A stretch of DNA of 64,000 nt from Octopus vulgaris. Its lineage: Eukaryota. The first letter of the stretch is position 1. Every line of letters starts with the position of its first letter. A program made the translations under genes and the position numbers. Where the stretch lies: the NCBI GenBank assembly GCA_951406725.2, contig OX597828.1:4526001-4590000 (forward strand). The letters are read 5' to 3'. Positions 15,163 through 26,757 of the stretch are shown in pieces. Below the pieces are notes generated by a model. That model was not told the DNA's origin and did not search any database. It was given only the letters and a program-made list of their open reading frames with translations.

Positions 15163-15248
15163 CTTCCGACACATGTTTCGAAGACATCATTGGTATTATT
15201 CCAAAGGAATAGAATAATGTAAAACAATGTAATCTTCTCTTCAGGTGA
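15163..15248 (-). ncRNA. Type I hammerhead ribozyme motif (PLE-associated)
   Basis: Minus strand: CTGAAGA-GAAGATTACATTG...CAATGATGTCTTC-GAAA-CATGTG-TC. Helix I is poorly paired. Flanks resemble the 26619 copy. Confidence 0.6.
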
Positions 15249-15439
15249 ATGAAGAAATAAAACAAACTCTTCAATAAGATTTTAACAGAATATGGATATG
15301 TATGGTGATGAGCAGATAAAGTTACCTAAATCAATTCCATTCAATCTTATTCTAACTTTGGTAATGTAGATATGAAATCTACTTGTAAGGATATAAATGA
15401 TATCAATTTTAATTCGTACGCCAACACCAAACTGAGGAA

Positions 15440-15935
15440 GGTAAATTGATGTCTTTTAAAGATAGTTACACTGAAAGTAAGGCAACCGATAGCAAAACTA
15501 TTTGGTTGAATATTCCTTATGGGAGGCAAATTAATTCTAATCTTTCTTTCCAGTTTCGGGAAGCTATTATTAGGAATTTTCCAAAGAATTTTAGATATTA
15601 CTCTAATATGAATTCGCTTCACGGTTAGGGTAGGTTTTTCCAATATAAAAAAAACTCTTACAAATTATCTCCTCACATAATATTACTCTATTAAATAAAC
15701 CTCAATTTACTAATACTAACATTAATTTAGCTAATAACCCCCCCCCCCGAAATATTTATAAGTAGGTTATTGTCTCTGAAATCAATTCCAACAGAATTAA
15801 GCTTATGTCTAGTAATTCTAAGATTAAAACTCTATATACCAGTGTTAAATTACTTTAGGTACCAATGTCTTTTTATATATTGGTAATTCTTCTTCTCAGT
15901 TATCTAAAAGAATTTCTAATCATTACTCTACATTG
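15440..15935 (+). mobile_element. Penelope-like element (Poseidon-type) linker and GIY-YIG remnant
   Basis: KTIWLNIPYGRQINSNLSFQFREAIIRNFPKN resembles the IIWFNPPYS...F...I.KHFP motif. Downstream NSIYQC*ITLGTNVFLYIGNSSSQLSKRISNH is GIY-YIG-like. Stops and frameshifts present. Confidence 0.75.
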
Positions 15936-18900
15936 TTACTGTTTTTGTTGAATAAAATTTGTTGTAAAAAAGCTGCAATAATTATGCACCAAACTAATAA
16001 TTAGCATATTGAAAATACAATCTATAACTAGAAGACTAAAAATACGTAAGACTTTTCTCAAGTTTTAAAGGTAACATTGTTTTATGTTTTCTACCTTCCA
16101 AAGATGGCGATTTTTACCAGCTCCTTCCTCAAAACAAGAATTTAAACTATTAAAAGCAGAGGATATATACATGCATGTATATACTCTGTATATATGTGTG
16201 TGTGTATATATAACTTGCAATGCACCATGCTTTAGGGATTCTCATCAATATAATAGGTAAAAGAATGAATTCAACCTTCACACCAGCTCGATTTCATTAC
16301 AGTTAAAATATAAGAGCAATAACTTTTCGTCTTATTATTGCACTCAGTAGCAGTTTATGATAGAACTTCACGTCTGACGCATTAATGGATCTTTGTCAGA
16401 TTTTCTTCATATTTCTTGTTTATTCTGAAGTGTAAATAACTGAAGGTAAAATTCAATTTAAATCAGGCATAAATTTACTAATTTTCAACTGAATCCAGTG
16501 TTAGACAGTAGCGTTAGTAGCTGTGAAATGTATTTATAGCAGCAAAAGCAGATTATATACATCATTACTTGGTGATTCAATCATTTACATTGGTATTAAG
16601 GTACAGCCTTATTTACATGAATTGTCTACATTCTGCACGTAACATAAACATGCGTACTATATCGTGCAAGATACATAAAGGAGACATGCGTATTACTAGT
16701 ATCTCGTTGGTATGCACTCAGAAGTGATTCCGATTATGAATTAATAGGGAATCTATTCGTCAATATTCATGTTTTATGCTCGCACACACGCTCACTCACA
16801 TACTCATATTCCCTATGTGTGTATGTGTGTATGTCTGTGTGTGTGTGTTAAATGGTACATCAGTTGTGTCTTTCGTACACATTAACAGACTCCGACGTCG
16901 TTTGTTTGCAAGAGGCAATCCTTGCAACTGCTTACGCTGAACTTGAGAAAGGATATTTTGAAATGGTTAAAGCACAATTGTACAGCCAAAGATTTTCGAA
17001 TTTTTCACAAGAAAATGTTTCTGCTGGCACTTTCAGATAAGTCCCAAGTGTTTACGATTGTAGCTTTTAATAAATATAGAGCAGCCTATGTTCGAAAGTC
17101 TTTATAACTTCAATCTACGCTGAATGTTTCAGTTCAGAGACCTCTTTCCATAAAGATGGCTGTGAAGCAATTTGCGTTACGAATAACTCACGTTAGAAAC
17201 AATTTATTTCATACCTTAATATATTAAAGGTTCTCATGATACATTTCTCACACAGTCGGATGGTAGTTATAGTAGTTTAGAAGACTAGTTGTTCAGTATA
17301 ACAACAGAAGTAAGAAGTAATTGCTACATCTCCTGGAGATTCAACGCTTGCTATTAATCAAATACTCGTTCGAGATAATTGACTAAACCCACTACTCAAA
17401 ATGTTGGCCTTGTATAATTAGAAAAAAATATAGTTAAACGACATAAAATTATAACATACTGTGTTTTATGTCAATATTTTGTTGATCATAATATTACTGA
17501 TTGAATTTATTTTATAAATTGTAAAATTTATGAATATATATTATTATTTCTTAGCCCTAGGTTCAAAATAATATAGGAGAACATAATAGAAATTTGTTTC
17601 ATGTTTATAGTCTCATCTTTTTGGGGTACTTCTTGGTCTTTATTATCTAACATATCCTGTCAACAGTAGAAAGGGTCTTTTAAAACAGCGTTTGGGTGCA
17701 ATTTTTAACAGGTCGAATGACTTTGTAGAAACTGTTTAGCTGTCTCGTGTAATTACATCTCATGTGCCCTCACATCCAACAACGTATTAATAATACCACT
17801 TTATAACAAGTTATACTTCAACCAGCATGCATATTTATGGACGTTACTAGCGAAATAAAATGACCTTATTGCTCTGTGTCATAACTGTAAATGTATTGCT
17901 TGACTTTTAAGTGTTTGTTGCGTTTATCCACGTGTATATATTTTATTTGATGAAGTCGTGTGAATCATTTAGTATATAAGGTGTCATGTATTACATGTCT
18001 CTTCAAACCAAATTTTAGTCCACATTAATGTCTTTGGCTCTTTAACGCACGATATATTATGTTATGTACAAGAAATGTGCAAATTGAAGTCATCTTTATT
18101 ACTTTTACTAATTACTGCATACTTACACGAAGTTTCTCCTGCTTTTCACATATTTTCCTTTGACTGTGATAAGGTTAATTGAGGGCTTTGCACAATAACA
18201 GATTGGTGCTTGCTGAATTCATTTATTTTATTTATGTTAGACAGCTCATATGATTCATTAATATATTTTATTTCCTTTTCACCTCTTTTATATATATATT
18301 CACAGACCGTTCATTCGTTAATGTTAGTTGACATTCGGTGTCAGCAATATGATTATAAGGATATACATTTATGTCACCTACTGTGTTGTGCCTTTCTATT
18401 ATTTGCAATGCCATCAATTATTTCAGCTTGGCTTTGATGTGGATGCTGATGTAAATATTTATTTAAGGATTGCAGAACCGAATTCTCACTCTTTCCCTCC
18501 ATCCTCTCCTCCTTTCTATTTCTCTTTCTCTTTCTCTCTCTTTCTATCTAACATGTCTATTTTCTGGACTGTCTATGATACAAAATCTTCTCTCTAATGA
18601 ATATGGATATTTTTCTCTGTGTGTAATATTCTGTTCAATGGACATTAGAATTACAGATGCAAGACCTATTATATTTTAAAGTTGTTCTCACTTTATAAGA
18701 ACGACAATTTTAAGTATATTTCTCAAATTTAACCATTCATATGTTTAAACATAATTCATACATTTAAATAGTAATATTTTATATATGTCGGAATCCTTAA
18801 GGTGTGTAGATATAATTGTGATATTTCATATTTCAAAAATATCATAGACTTTCACTTAATATAGAGAATATTTAACAGTGTATGTATTACTCTCTTCTGA

Positions 18901-19052
18901 AAGCTGGTGACGTGTGAATATGCCAGCTGGTGACAGACAATGATATAGTAGCAAGTGACAGTAAGGGTAATAAGTCCATTTACGAAACGGGGGTACATGA
19001 TTATACCATACACATTTGCAAGTCAGAGATAGGTGGTTGAAGCTATTATATA

Positions 19053-20153
19053 CGAGGTTAAGTCAAAAATTATTCATGATCTTGGTTTTGTAATTCATTA
19101 CAACAAAAGCAGAAGTTGAAAAATTCCACTATTTTCGTACTTAACCGCCATGCTTTTCGATGTACTCTTCCAGAAGTTTGCAAGCTTCTTCATGATATTG
19201 GAGAAGGTTTGTGACTGGTGGTGCAGCCATTTAGGTACCGCTTCCTGCATTTATTCGTCTGTGGTAAATCAACGACATCGTAAATGATGTTTGACCGGTT
19301 CAAAGAGGTAATAGTCAGAATGCACGAGATATGGATTGTACGCAGGCTGTTATAGTTATTCGAAACCCAAATTATCAATAGATAAATCTTCCTTAGAGAA
19401 AAGATTTCGGCGTTTGGTGCGAATTGCTGGTTTCAGTTCCCTGGCCATAGTTCATTGTTGTTTACACCGGTAGCTGTAGACCTTTTTTCCGTGTAATGTT
19501 CCAGTATAGGCCCTTCTGCGTGCAAATTTTGGTTTGCATCAATTTTCCTCCGGAAGGTTGTGTCTCGTAATTCTTCTGTCCCGGACTCTTCCACTTTTTT
19601 TTTTACTCAATACTCTACTGTTCGGATGCTGACTCAAAGTGGTAGCCGTGGGTCTCATCTGTGACTATTCTCTCCCAAATCGTTTTGCTTTTATCGTTGT
19701 AGCGATGGAGTAAGCGCTGACAGATCTTCACTTGATTGCGCTTATGTGATTCGGTAAGTTCTCTTCGCACAGATTTTACGGAACCAAACGTTGCAGATTA
19801 TTTCGTATGCAGAATAATTACTAATATGCAGAGACTACGCGATCTCATCGATTGTTAATCGTCGCTTAGCCAGATTCCTTAATCAAGTTTGTTAGTTGTT
19901 TACGTCAGTGGTGAAGGTTGGTGGTGTCCAGCTCCCTCTTTGTTCATCACGGTTGTCAGGCTACTCAGGCCAACTCTAGGAGGTAAAGCGCTTCCCCCAT
20001 ATTGTACGTAATGCTTGCGCTGAATTTCACTCACTGACACACGCTCAGATCACAGAAATCGGACCACTAATCTCTCACACTTGTTAGACTTCCAGGAGAA
20101 CAGCTTTGTTTAATCTTTTTGCGAAAGGGCAGATAACTTTTGGCTTAATCTTG
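19053..20153 (-). mobile_element. Degenerate mariner element
   Basis: TIRs CGAGGTTAAGTCAAAAATTAT and GATAACTTTTGGCTTAATCTTG, each with flanking TA. Minus-strand IVTDETH (first catalytic-D motif) near 19655-19668. Confidence 0.75.
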
Positions 20154-20189
20154 TACATACACGCACACCTACATACATACACATACACC

Positions 20190-20267
<78 letters not shown>

Positions 20268-20289
20268 TATACATATATTTATATTTTTC

Positions 20290-20492
20290 TCTTCTTTTTT
20301 TTCTCTCCCTTTTTGTCTCCTTTTTTTCTTTCCTAGTTTCTGTCCTTGTTTTTTCTGTGTCCCTTTCTCTAGAAGAGCGTAGGCTCGAAACGTAAAATAC
20401 TTTTTCTATTCCTGAGCGTTATACTAATACATCTGTTTGTTTTGTACACCACCTGTCTTCGTCTTTTGTTGTTTTTTTTGTAAACACTCCCT
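20290..20492 (+). mobile_element. PLE-type terminal repeat with degenerate minimal hammerhead (family shared with 23100-23258)
   Basis: GAA-GAGC-GTAG-GCTC-GAAA-CG-TA at about 20372-20394, CUGA box lost. Ends in CCCT followed by (TA)n. Confidence 0.5.
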
Positions 20493-20503
20493 ATATATAT
20501 ATA

Positions 20504-21148
20504 TGAGGTATAAACAGTAGCTGCACGACAATGTGAAGTATATTTGCCACTTAAATGTGGCTAAAAACTAACGGTGGATGCTACTGTAGATTGTAGCTCC
20601 AGGAGAATATCTTCTCCAGATGGCTATTGACGCACTTTCTGTACCCTATCAGTATTTGCAAAGGGAAGCCGTCCTTCCCATCGTCGACCTGATATGATAC
20701 GCACGGACCCTGGTTTCTGCGTATTTTCCTGTCGTCGGCGCACGACAATCATCGGTCTTCGATGCGAAGGAGTTCCAATGCAAATACATCAATCCTTTTT
20801 CAAGTGACGAAGTGTCACTGATCTTGAAAAAGTGTAAACAAGCAATAATAAATCTCTGAACGAGGTATAAACGGTAGCTGCACGGCAATGTGAAGTATAT
20901 TTGGCACTTAAAATTGGCTAACCACTAATCCCTTCGTAAATACTGATATGGCACAGAAAGTGAGTCAATAGCCAACTGGAGAAGATGTTCTCCCGGGGTT
21001 ACAAACTACAGTAGCATCCACCCTTAATGGTTAGCCACATTTAAGTGGCAAATATAGTTCACATTGTCGTGCAGCTACTGTTTCTACCTCATTCAGAGAT
21101 TTATTATTGGTTGTTTCCACTTTTTCAAGATCAGTCACTTTTCGTCAC
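20504..21148. repeat. Compound direct plus inverted repeat
   Basis: The start of 20504-20665 recurs directly at about 20862-20928. 20929-21148 is the reverse complement of 20803-20862 joined to 20504-20665. Confidence 0.85.
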
Positions 21149-21184
21149 ATCTATGTTAACATAGGGTGGTATAGGGTTTGTAGT

Positions 21185-21598
21185 TTACAAGTTCAATTGC
21201 CATTTTTCTCATGAATTTGGTTGGATCTTTTAGGATTTTTGATTTGAGAGCTTTAATAAAAGCTTTGGTTCTTTTTTTGTTGATTCCTCCACTTCCAGGC
21301 TACCTTGTAATAGTTTTGCTCATAGTCATTCTATTCTTTACATTATAAACAGTCTTTATGGACACTCCAGCTATTCTTGAAATCTTCTTTGGTGTGATGA
21401 CTGCATTCAGCAAATCACATACTCTTTGACGTTTGCTTTCCTGATTACTCATATCGGCAAAAGTTTCTGAAAAAGTAAGCATAATAGTGTTAGGTATGAT
21501 TATGGCATCAATATATGATAGGTTTCAAAACAATTGACTTAGTGCCTGCTGAGAAAAAACAACTTAACTTTCATAGTAAATTTTGCTTCCCCACCCTG
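21185..21598 (-). mobile_element. Tc1/mariner transposon 5' fragment (TIR and HTH N-terminus)
   Basis: Minus-strand terminus TA|CAGGGTGGGGAAGCAAAATT. ORF MSNQESKRQRVCDLLNAVITPKKISRIAGVSIKTVYNVKNR...TR*PGSGG is a paired-like HTH with GRPR-equivalent linker. Confidence 0.75.
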
Positions 21599-21637
21599 TA
21601 TACATACATACATACATACATACATACATACATACAT

Positions 21638-21686
<49 letters not shown>

Positions 21687-21689
21687 CTT

Positions 21690-22370
21690 AAATTATAATT
21701 AAGGGTAATTAAGAGATACCACCATGCTTGAAATGCCAGCAAAAACTTGACTCTAAAGTCATATTAAATGTTCATACAGCACCAGGATAGAAGACAAAGA
21801 GACAAAAGAAACAAAATATTACTGGATAATTCCAGATCCCGGATTCTGGCTCTGCATAAGAAATGCATCAGTGTAATATACGCAGAATGTAAGGAAAATA
21901 CGCGACTTCGTTGAAAAAGTCCTTCCCGCAAGCAAATTAAATAAAAAATGGGATTTTTTGCGGAGGGTGAAAGTGGTAAAAAAAAAAAGGACAGTAAGAA
22001 CAAGACAGTAAAAGCAATCGGTGAGGGCTGCCAAGGCAAGACGTGAACAATTATGAATATTAGAAAGACGAGCTATGAGAAGAGACAGGTAAAAGCAGAC
22101 ATTGTTTTTACGAAGGAAGTGAAAAAAAGAAAATAGATCATCTTTCGTCACGTGTCAGCGACGGGAGAGTCAAGGAGGAAGAGTGAGTGAGAGAGAGAGG
22201 GAACGGTGAAGAGGAGAGGAGAATGGAAGGAAAGAAAACAGAAAGGAAGAAGAACAAGAAAGGGAGATATATAAAGAGAGAATAGATAGAAGAGGTAGGA
22301 GAAGAGTGTGCATCGTAATTATTAGGATAAAACTTAGTTGGAAAAGGATGCGTGGCGTTCGATCATATAA
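21690..22370 (-). mobile_element. Probable PLE (Neptune-type) non-coding tail fragment
   Basis: Layout similar to 58196-58980 (GA-rich block after CACGTG, TAAGGG end next to (TA)n). No coding evidence. Confidence 0.35.
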
Positions 22371-22412
22371 TAATATAAATAACATATAAATATATGCAAA
22401 TATACATACATA

Positions 22413-22573
22413 GGCGCAGGAGTGGCTGTGTGGTCAGTAGCTTGTTTAACAACCACATGGCTCCGGGTTCAGTCCATTGCATGGCGCCTTGGGCAAGTGT
22501 CTTCTGCTATACCCTGTGGCCGACCAAAGCCTTATGAATGGATTTGGTAGACGGAAACTGAAATAAGCCCGTC

Positions 22574-22612
<39 letters not shown>

Positions 22613-22827
22613 TATGTGTGTGTGTGTGTGTCTGTGTTTGTCTCTCCCAACATCGGTTGACAAGCGATGTTGGTGTGTTTACGTCCCTGTAATTTAGCGG
22701 TTCGGCAAGAGAGACCGAAAGAATAAGTACTAGGCTTACAAGGAATAAGTCCTGGCATCGATTTACTCGAATAAAAGGCGGTGCTCCAGCATGGCCACAG
22801 TCAAATTACTGAAACATGTAAAAGAGT
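22413..22827 (+). mobile_element. tRNA-derived SINE family B, full-length, with internal (TA)n(TG)n
   Basis: A-box TGGCTGTGTGGT, B-box GGTTCAGTCC, CORE-like CCTTGGGCAAGT, internal microsatellite, and tail GGCGGTGCTCCAGCATGGCCACAGTCAAATTACTGAAACATGTAAAAGAGT. Confidence 0.9.
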
Positions 22828-22982
22828 GCATATATGTACGTACATACATATATCTATGAATAAATACATGCATATATGGGTACAGGACATAAAATAAACG
22901 TGGACACAATGAGTAACGAAAACATAAAAGCTAAAACTTAGCCTTACACAGACACACACACACAGACAAACACACAGACACA

Positions 22983-23076
<94 letters not shown>

Positions 23077-23099
23077 GATAGATCGGTAGCTGCTACACA

Positions 23100-23258
23100 T
23101 TCAATATTTTCTCTCCTTGTTCCTGTCTGTGTTCCTTTCTTTGGAAGAGCATTAGCCCGAAAGGTTAAAGACTTTTTCACTTTCAGGGCGTTCAACTAAT
23201 ATATATGTCTGTTGTCTACACCATGTGTCTTCACCTTTTTCTTTTGTGAATTCTCCCT
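23100..23258 (+). mobile_element. Second copy of the 20290-20492 PLE-type terminal repeat
   Basis: GGAAGAGCATTAGCCCGAAAGGTTAAAGACTTTTTC...CTAATA...CACCA...CTCCCTATA aligns by eye with 20350-20495. Confidence 0.55.
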
Positions 23259-23321
<63 letters not shown>

Positions 23322-23323
<2 letters not shown>

Positions 23324-23483
23324 CACAGGAGTGACCGTGCGGTAAAGAAGCTTGCTTCTCATACACGTTGTTCCGTGTTCAGTCTCTCTGCGTGGCCCTT
23401 TCGGCAAGGGCCTTCTACTCTAGCCTCGGACCTACCATAGCCTTGTAAGTGGATTTGGTAGACTGAAACAGAAAGAAGGCCGT

Positions 23484-23485
<2 letters not shown>
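23322..23485 (+). mobile_element. SINE family B 5' half, diverged
   Basis: GGCACAGGAGTGACCGTGCGGTAAAGAAGCTTGCTTC...GTGGATTTGGTAGACTGAAACAGAAAGAAGGCCGT. Confidence 0.8.
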
Positions 23486-23524
<39 letters not shown>

Positions 23525-23528
<4 letters not shown>

Positions 23529-25202
23529 AATAGTAAAAAGTGAAAAAACTACAGAAGGCTTATTTTAAAAGGTTAAAAAATATATATTTGAGTCATTATG
23601 TCAGAAGAATGTTATAATTTTTTTTCATACAGTGACATAGTTTTTGAAGAAATTACCGGTTTCGTGGATAACTTTTCAAATTTCTCAAAGCATTGTTATG
23701 ATTTCGTTCGTTGAGAAGTGTAAAGTAGAGTTCCAGGTAAGGGGAGGTAATAAGGGATTTCTTCCGGTGTAAGGGAGATAATCGCTTAACATTTCTTGCC
23801 GTTTTTTTAAATGTTTCTCTGTATAAGAATGTTAGAGTGGTTAAGTTTGGGTTTATATTTTTCAATGAAGAATGTTTCCTTGTTTAGTCTAATTTGTGTT
23901 GGTGTTCCTATAGCACATTGATAAAATGGAAAGATTAAAAATTGTGGTAGTAGTTGCTTTGCGCATTTCTCAATAGGCTCACTAAAGGGTATCATTCTGT
24001 ATTCTGGGAATGCAATCTGTTGTCGATGCAGTGTGCATCTACGTCTGAGTGATAGTCCCGTGGACCCCACGTAGTTTTGGTGGCAGCCCGAGCATCTTAT
24101 GACATAAATTATGTTTTCAGAGGCACAAGTAAAATTAGATTTGATCTTGAATTTTTGTCCCTCTTTGAAGAGGAATTCTGATCCTTCTAGAAGGTTTGGA
24201 CATGTTGCACAGTTTGTTCTACCACATTTTTTTACTTTTGCATCCCTAATTTCAGAAAGCAATTTTGCCTTTGTGAGAATCTTTTTAAGGGATTTAGTTT
24301 GTTTGTAGCTTTTAATGATTTTATGTATGTTTAGAATTTCCTTTAATTTGGGGTCCTTATGAAGTATTGGTAAATTCTGGGTGATGATGGTGAAGGCTTC
24401 TTTGTTTCTGGGGTTGTATGTGGATATGTAAGGCAGTATTTTCGGGGAAGGTGTGTTGTTGAACTTTCTGTGTCGATTTCTGTTGCACGTCTGATCCTAT
24501 CTTCTATGTGTTGAGCTGAGTAGTGTCTGTCAATTAGGGTGTTTTTGAGTTCTTGTAGTCTAAAGTTCCTGGTATTTTGTTCTGACACTATTGTGCATAT
24601 CCTTCTTGCAAGGTTGAAAGGGATGTTTGTTTTAGTGTGTCTTGGGTGGCATGAATCAAAAAGTAGGTATTGTTTGGCGCCTGTGGCTTTGTAAAAAATG
24701 TCTGTTTCTATTTTAAGGTTAATTGTTTTAATTAGTATATCTAAGAATGGGAGCTCCTTTTGGTTGTATTCCATTGTGAACTGTATATTTGGGTTGATGC
24801 TGTTCAATAGGTTTGTGAATTTTAGGAGTTTATCTGTGTTTTCATTCCAGAGTATAAAACAATCGTCCAGGAATCGTTTCCAATTCTCTTTTATGTATTG
24901 AGAGAGGGGGTTTCCAAAGGTTGATGAAGATTCCTGGTAAATAATTGTTAGGTTCGCAATGAATGGTGCTGCCCTTGTACCCATAGCAATTCCGGATTTT
25001 TGACGGTAAAATGTATTGTCAAACATGAAGTGGTTATTATGTAAGTTGAATTCAACCGATTTAGTCATGAATTCTTTACTGATCCTTTTTGGTATTTCTG
25101 CCGGAAATTGGTCCAGCCAGAACTGTATTACCTCTATATAATTTATATACCAGTATACCTCATAATTATGGACTAGAGGCAATACAGTTCTGGCTGGACC
25201 AA
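23525..25202 (-). mobile_element. Penelope-like retroelement (Neptune-type), 5'-truncated: RT, Cys linker, GIY-YIG endonuclease, 3' tail
   Basis: ORF 24343-25206 has FYRQKSGIAMGTRAAPFIANL, WKRFLDDCFILW, LPFLDI and SCHPRHTKTNIPF. ORF 23807-24262 has CGRTNCATC and NIIYVIRCSGCHQNYVGST...RCTLHRQQI. Frameshift between the two. Hammerhead remnant in the tail (23647-23797). Confidence 0.93.
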
Positions 25203-25226
25203 CCACGTGCTTTCACACACCAACTT

Positions 25227-25263
<37 letters not shown>

Positions 25264-25264
<1 letters not shown>

Positions 25265-25552
25265 GCAGGAGTGGCTGTGTGGTAAGTAGCTTGCTTGCCA
25301 ACCACATGGTTCCGGGTTCAGTCTGGCAAATGTCTTCTACTGGCAAATATCTTCTACTATAGCCTCGGGTCGACCAAAGCCTTGTGAGTGGATTTGGTAG
25401 ACGGAAACTGAAAGAAGCCCGTCGTATATATGTATATGTATATATATATGTGTGTGTGTGTGTGTGTTTGTGTGTGTCTGTGCTTGTCCCCCACACCACA
25501 ACCGATGTTGGCGTGTTTACGTCCGGTTAGGCAAAAGAGATGGACAGAATAA
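25264..25552 (+). mobile_element. SINE family B copy with internal deletions
   Basis: Head CGCAGGAGTGGCTGTGTGGTAAGTAGCTTGC, body matching the 22413 copy, internal microsatellite. Confidence 0.88.
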
Positions 25553-25900
25553 ATTCATGCAGGAACTTTTGACTCTTTTCATAGTGTTATTAAGTGTGTA
25601 GTGGTGGGGAGAGATATAAGATAGTACAAGAGAGTAATGAATGGGGAGAAAGTGAGAGAGAGCATGTGTGTGTGTGCGTTACTATATTATATCTCTCACC
25701 ACCACTACACACTCAATAACCCTATAAAAAGAGTCAAAAATTCCTGCAAGAACTTCGTTCAATTTGACGACTCCACTAGTGTGGACGAAAGCGCTTTATG
25801 ATATATGATATGTGATGTATAAAAACATGTAACATACAAATAAATATCTGTAAAAATAAAACCATCCGAATTTCTGAGTACCTCGTTTCTTCTAATATAA
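25547..25900 (+). mobile_element. PLE-type terminal fragment: about 75-bp inverted repeat followed by a minimal hammerhead variant
   Basis: About 25547-25619 is inverted at about 25687-25760. At 25764-25796: TTGACGA-C-TCCAC-TAGT-GTGGA-C-GAAA-GCGC-TT. Confidence 0.6.
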
Positions 25901-26137
25901 AATATCTATTTCTTTACTACCCACAAGGGGCTAAACACAGAGGGGACAAAGAAGGACAGACAAACGGATTAAGTCTATTACATCGTCCCCAGTGCGTAAC
26001 TGGTACTTAGTTTATCGACCCCAAAAGGATGAAAGGCAAAGTCGACCTCGGCGGAATTTGAACTCAGAACATAACGGCAGACAAAATACAGCTAAGCATT
26101 TCGCCTGGCGTGCTAACATTTCTGCCAGCTCGCCGCC
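25901..26137 (-). mobile_element. SINE family A, full-length
   Basis: Reverse complement starts GGCGGCGAGCTGGCAGAAATGTTAGCACGCC, has B-box GAGTTCAAATTCC and the same tail as the 38355 copy. Confidence 0.92.
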
Positions 26138-26346
26138 TTCATTACATACATACATACATACATACACACATACATACATACATACATACATACATACATA
26201 CATACATACATACATTAGGGCTTATTAGGGCTTAGTAAAATAAATTACTTTGCCACATACTGAACTTAGTAGAAATAGCAGCCAAAAAAGTTTTTTTAGC
26301 CATTTCTACTACTTATACACACATACATACACATACATATATACAT

Positions 26347-26495
26347 GACGAGCTTCTTTCAGTTTCCGTTTACCAAATCCACTCACAAGGCTTTGGTCGG
26401 CCTGAGGCTATAGTAGAAGACACTTTCCCTAAGTGTCACGCACTGTGACTAAACCCGGAACCATGTGGTTGATAACCAAGCTAATTACCACACAG
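26347..26495 (-). mobile_element. SINE family B 5' half
   Basis: GCTTCTTTCAGTTTCCGTTTACCAAATCCACTCACAAGGCTTTGGTCGG...AACCCGGAACCATGTGGTTG is the reverse complement of the family B head. Confidence 0.85.
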
Positions 26496-26618
26496 CACAT
26501 ATATATACTTACATACATGTGTATGTATGTATATATATACTCATTATCACTGTGGAAACCATGTAGGCAGACGGTAAGAAGCTTTTGTTCGTCTCGAAGC
26601 TGATAGAGGTTCCTTGTA

Positions 26619-26699
26619 TTTCCTGATGAGAAGACGGCATAATGCAACCTTCATTCCTTCAGAATTAAGAATATGCCGTCTTCGAAACATATGTCGAAA
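26619..26699 (+). ncRNA. Type I hammerhead ribozyme motif
   Basis: TTTC-CTGATGA(26623-29)-GAAGACGGCATA...TATGCCGTCTTC (perfect 12-bp helix II)-GAAA-CATATG-TC-GAAA. GUC cleavage triplet. Confidence 0.75.
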
Positions 26700-26757
26700 G
26701 TAAATGAATTTTGATAAAATCTTCGTTCGACTCCATTCTTTTCATTTATATATATAT

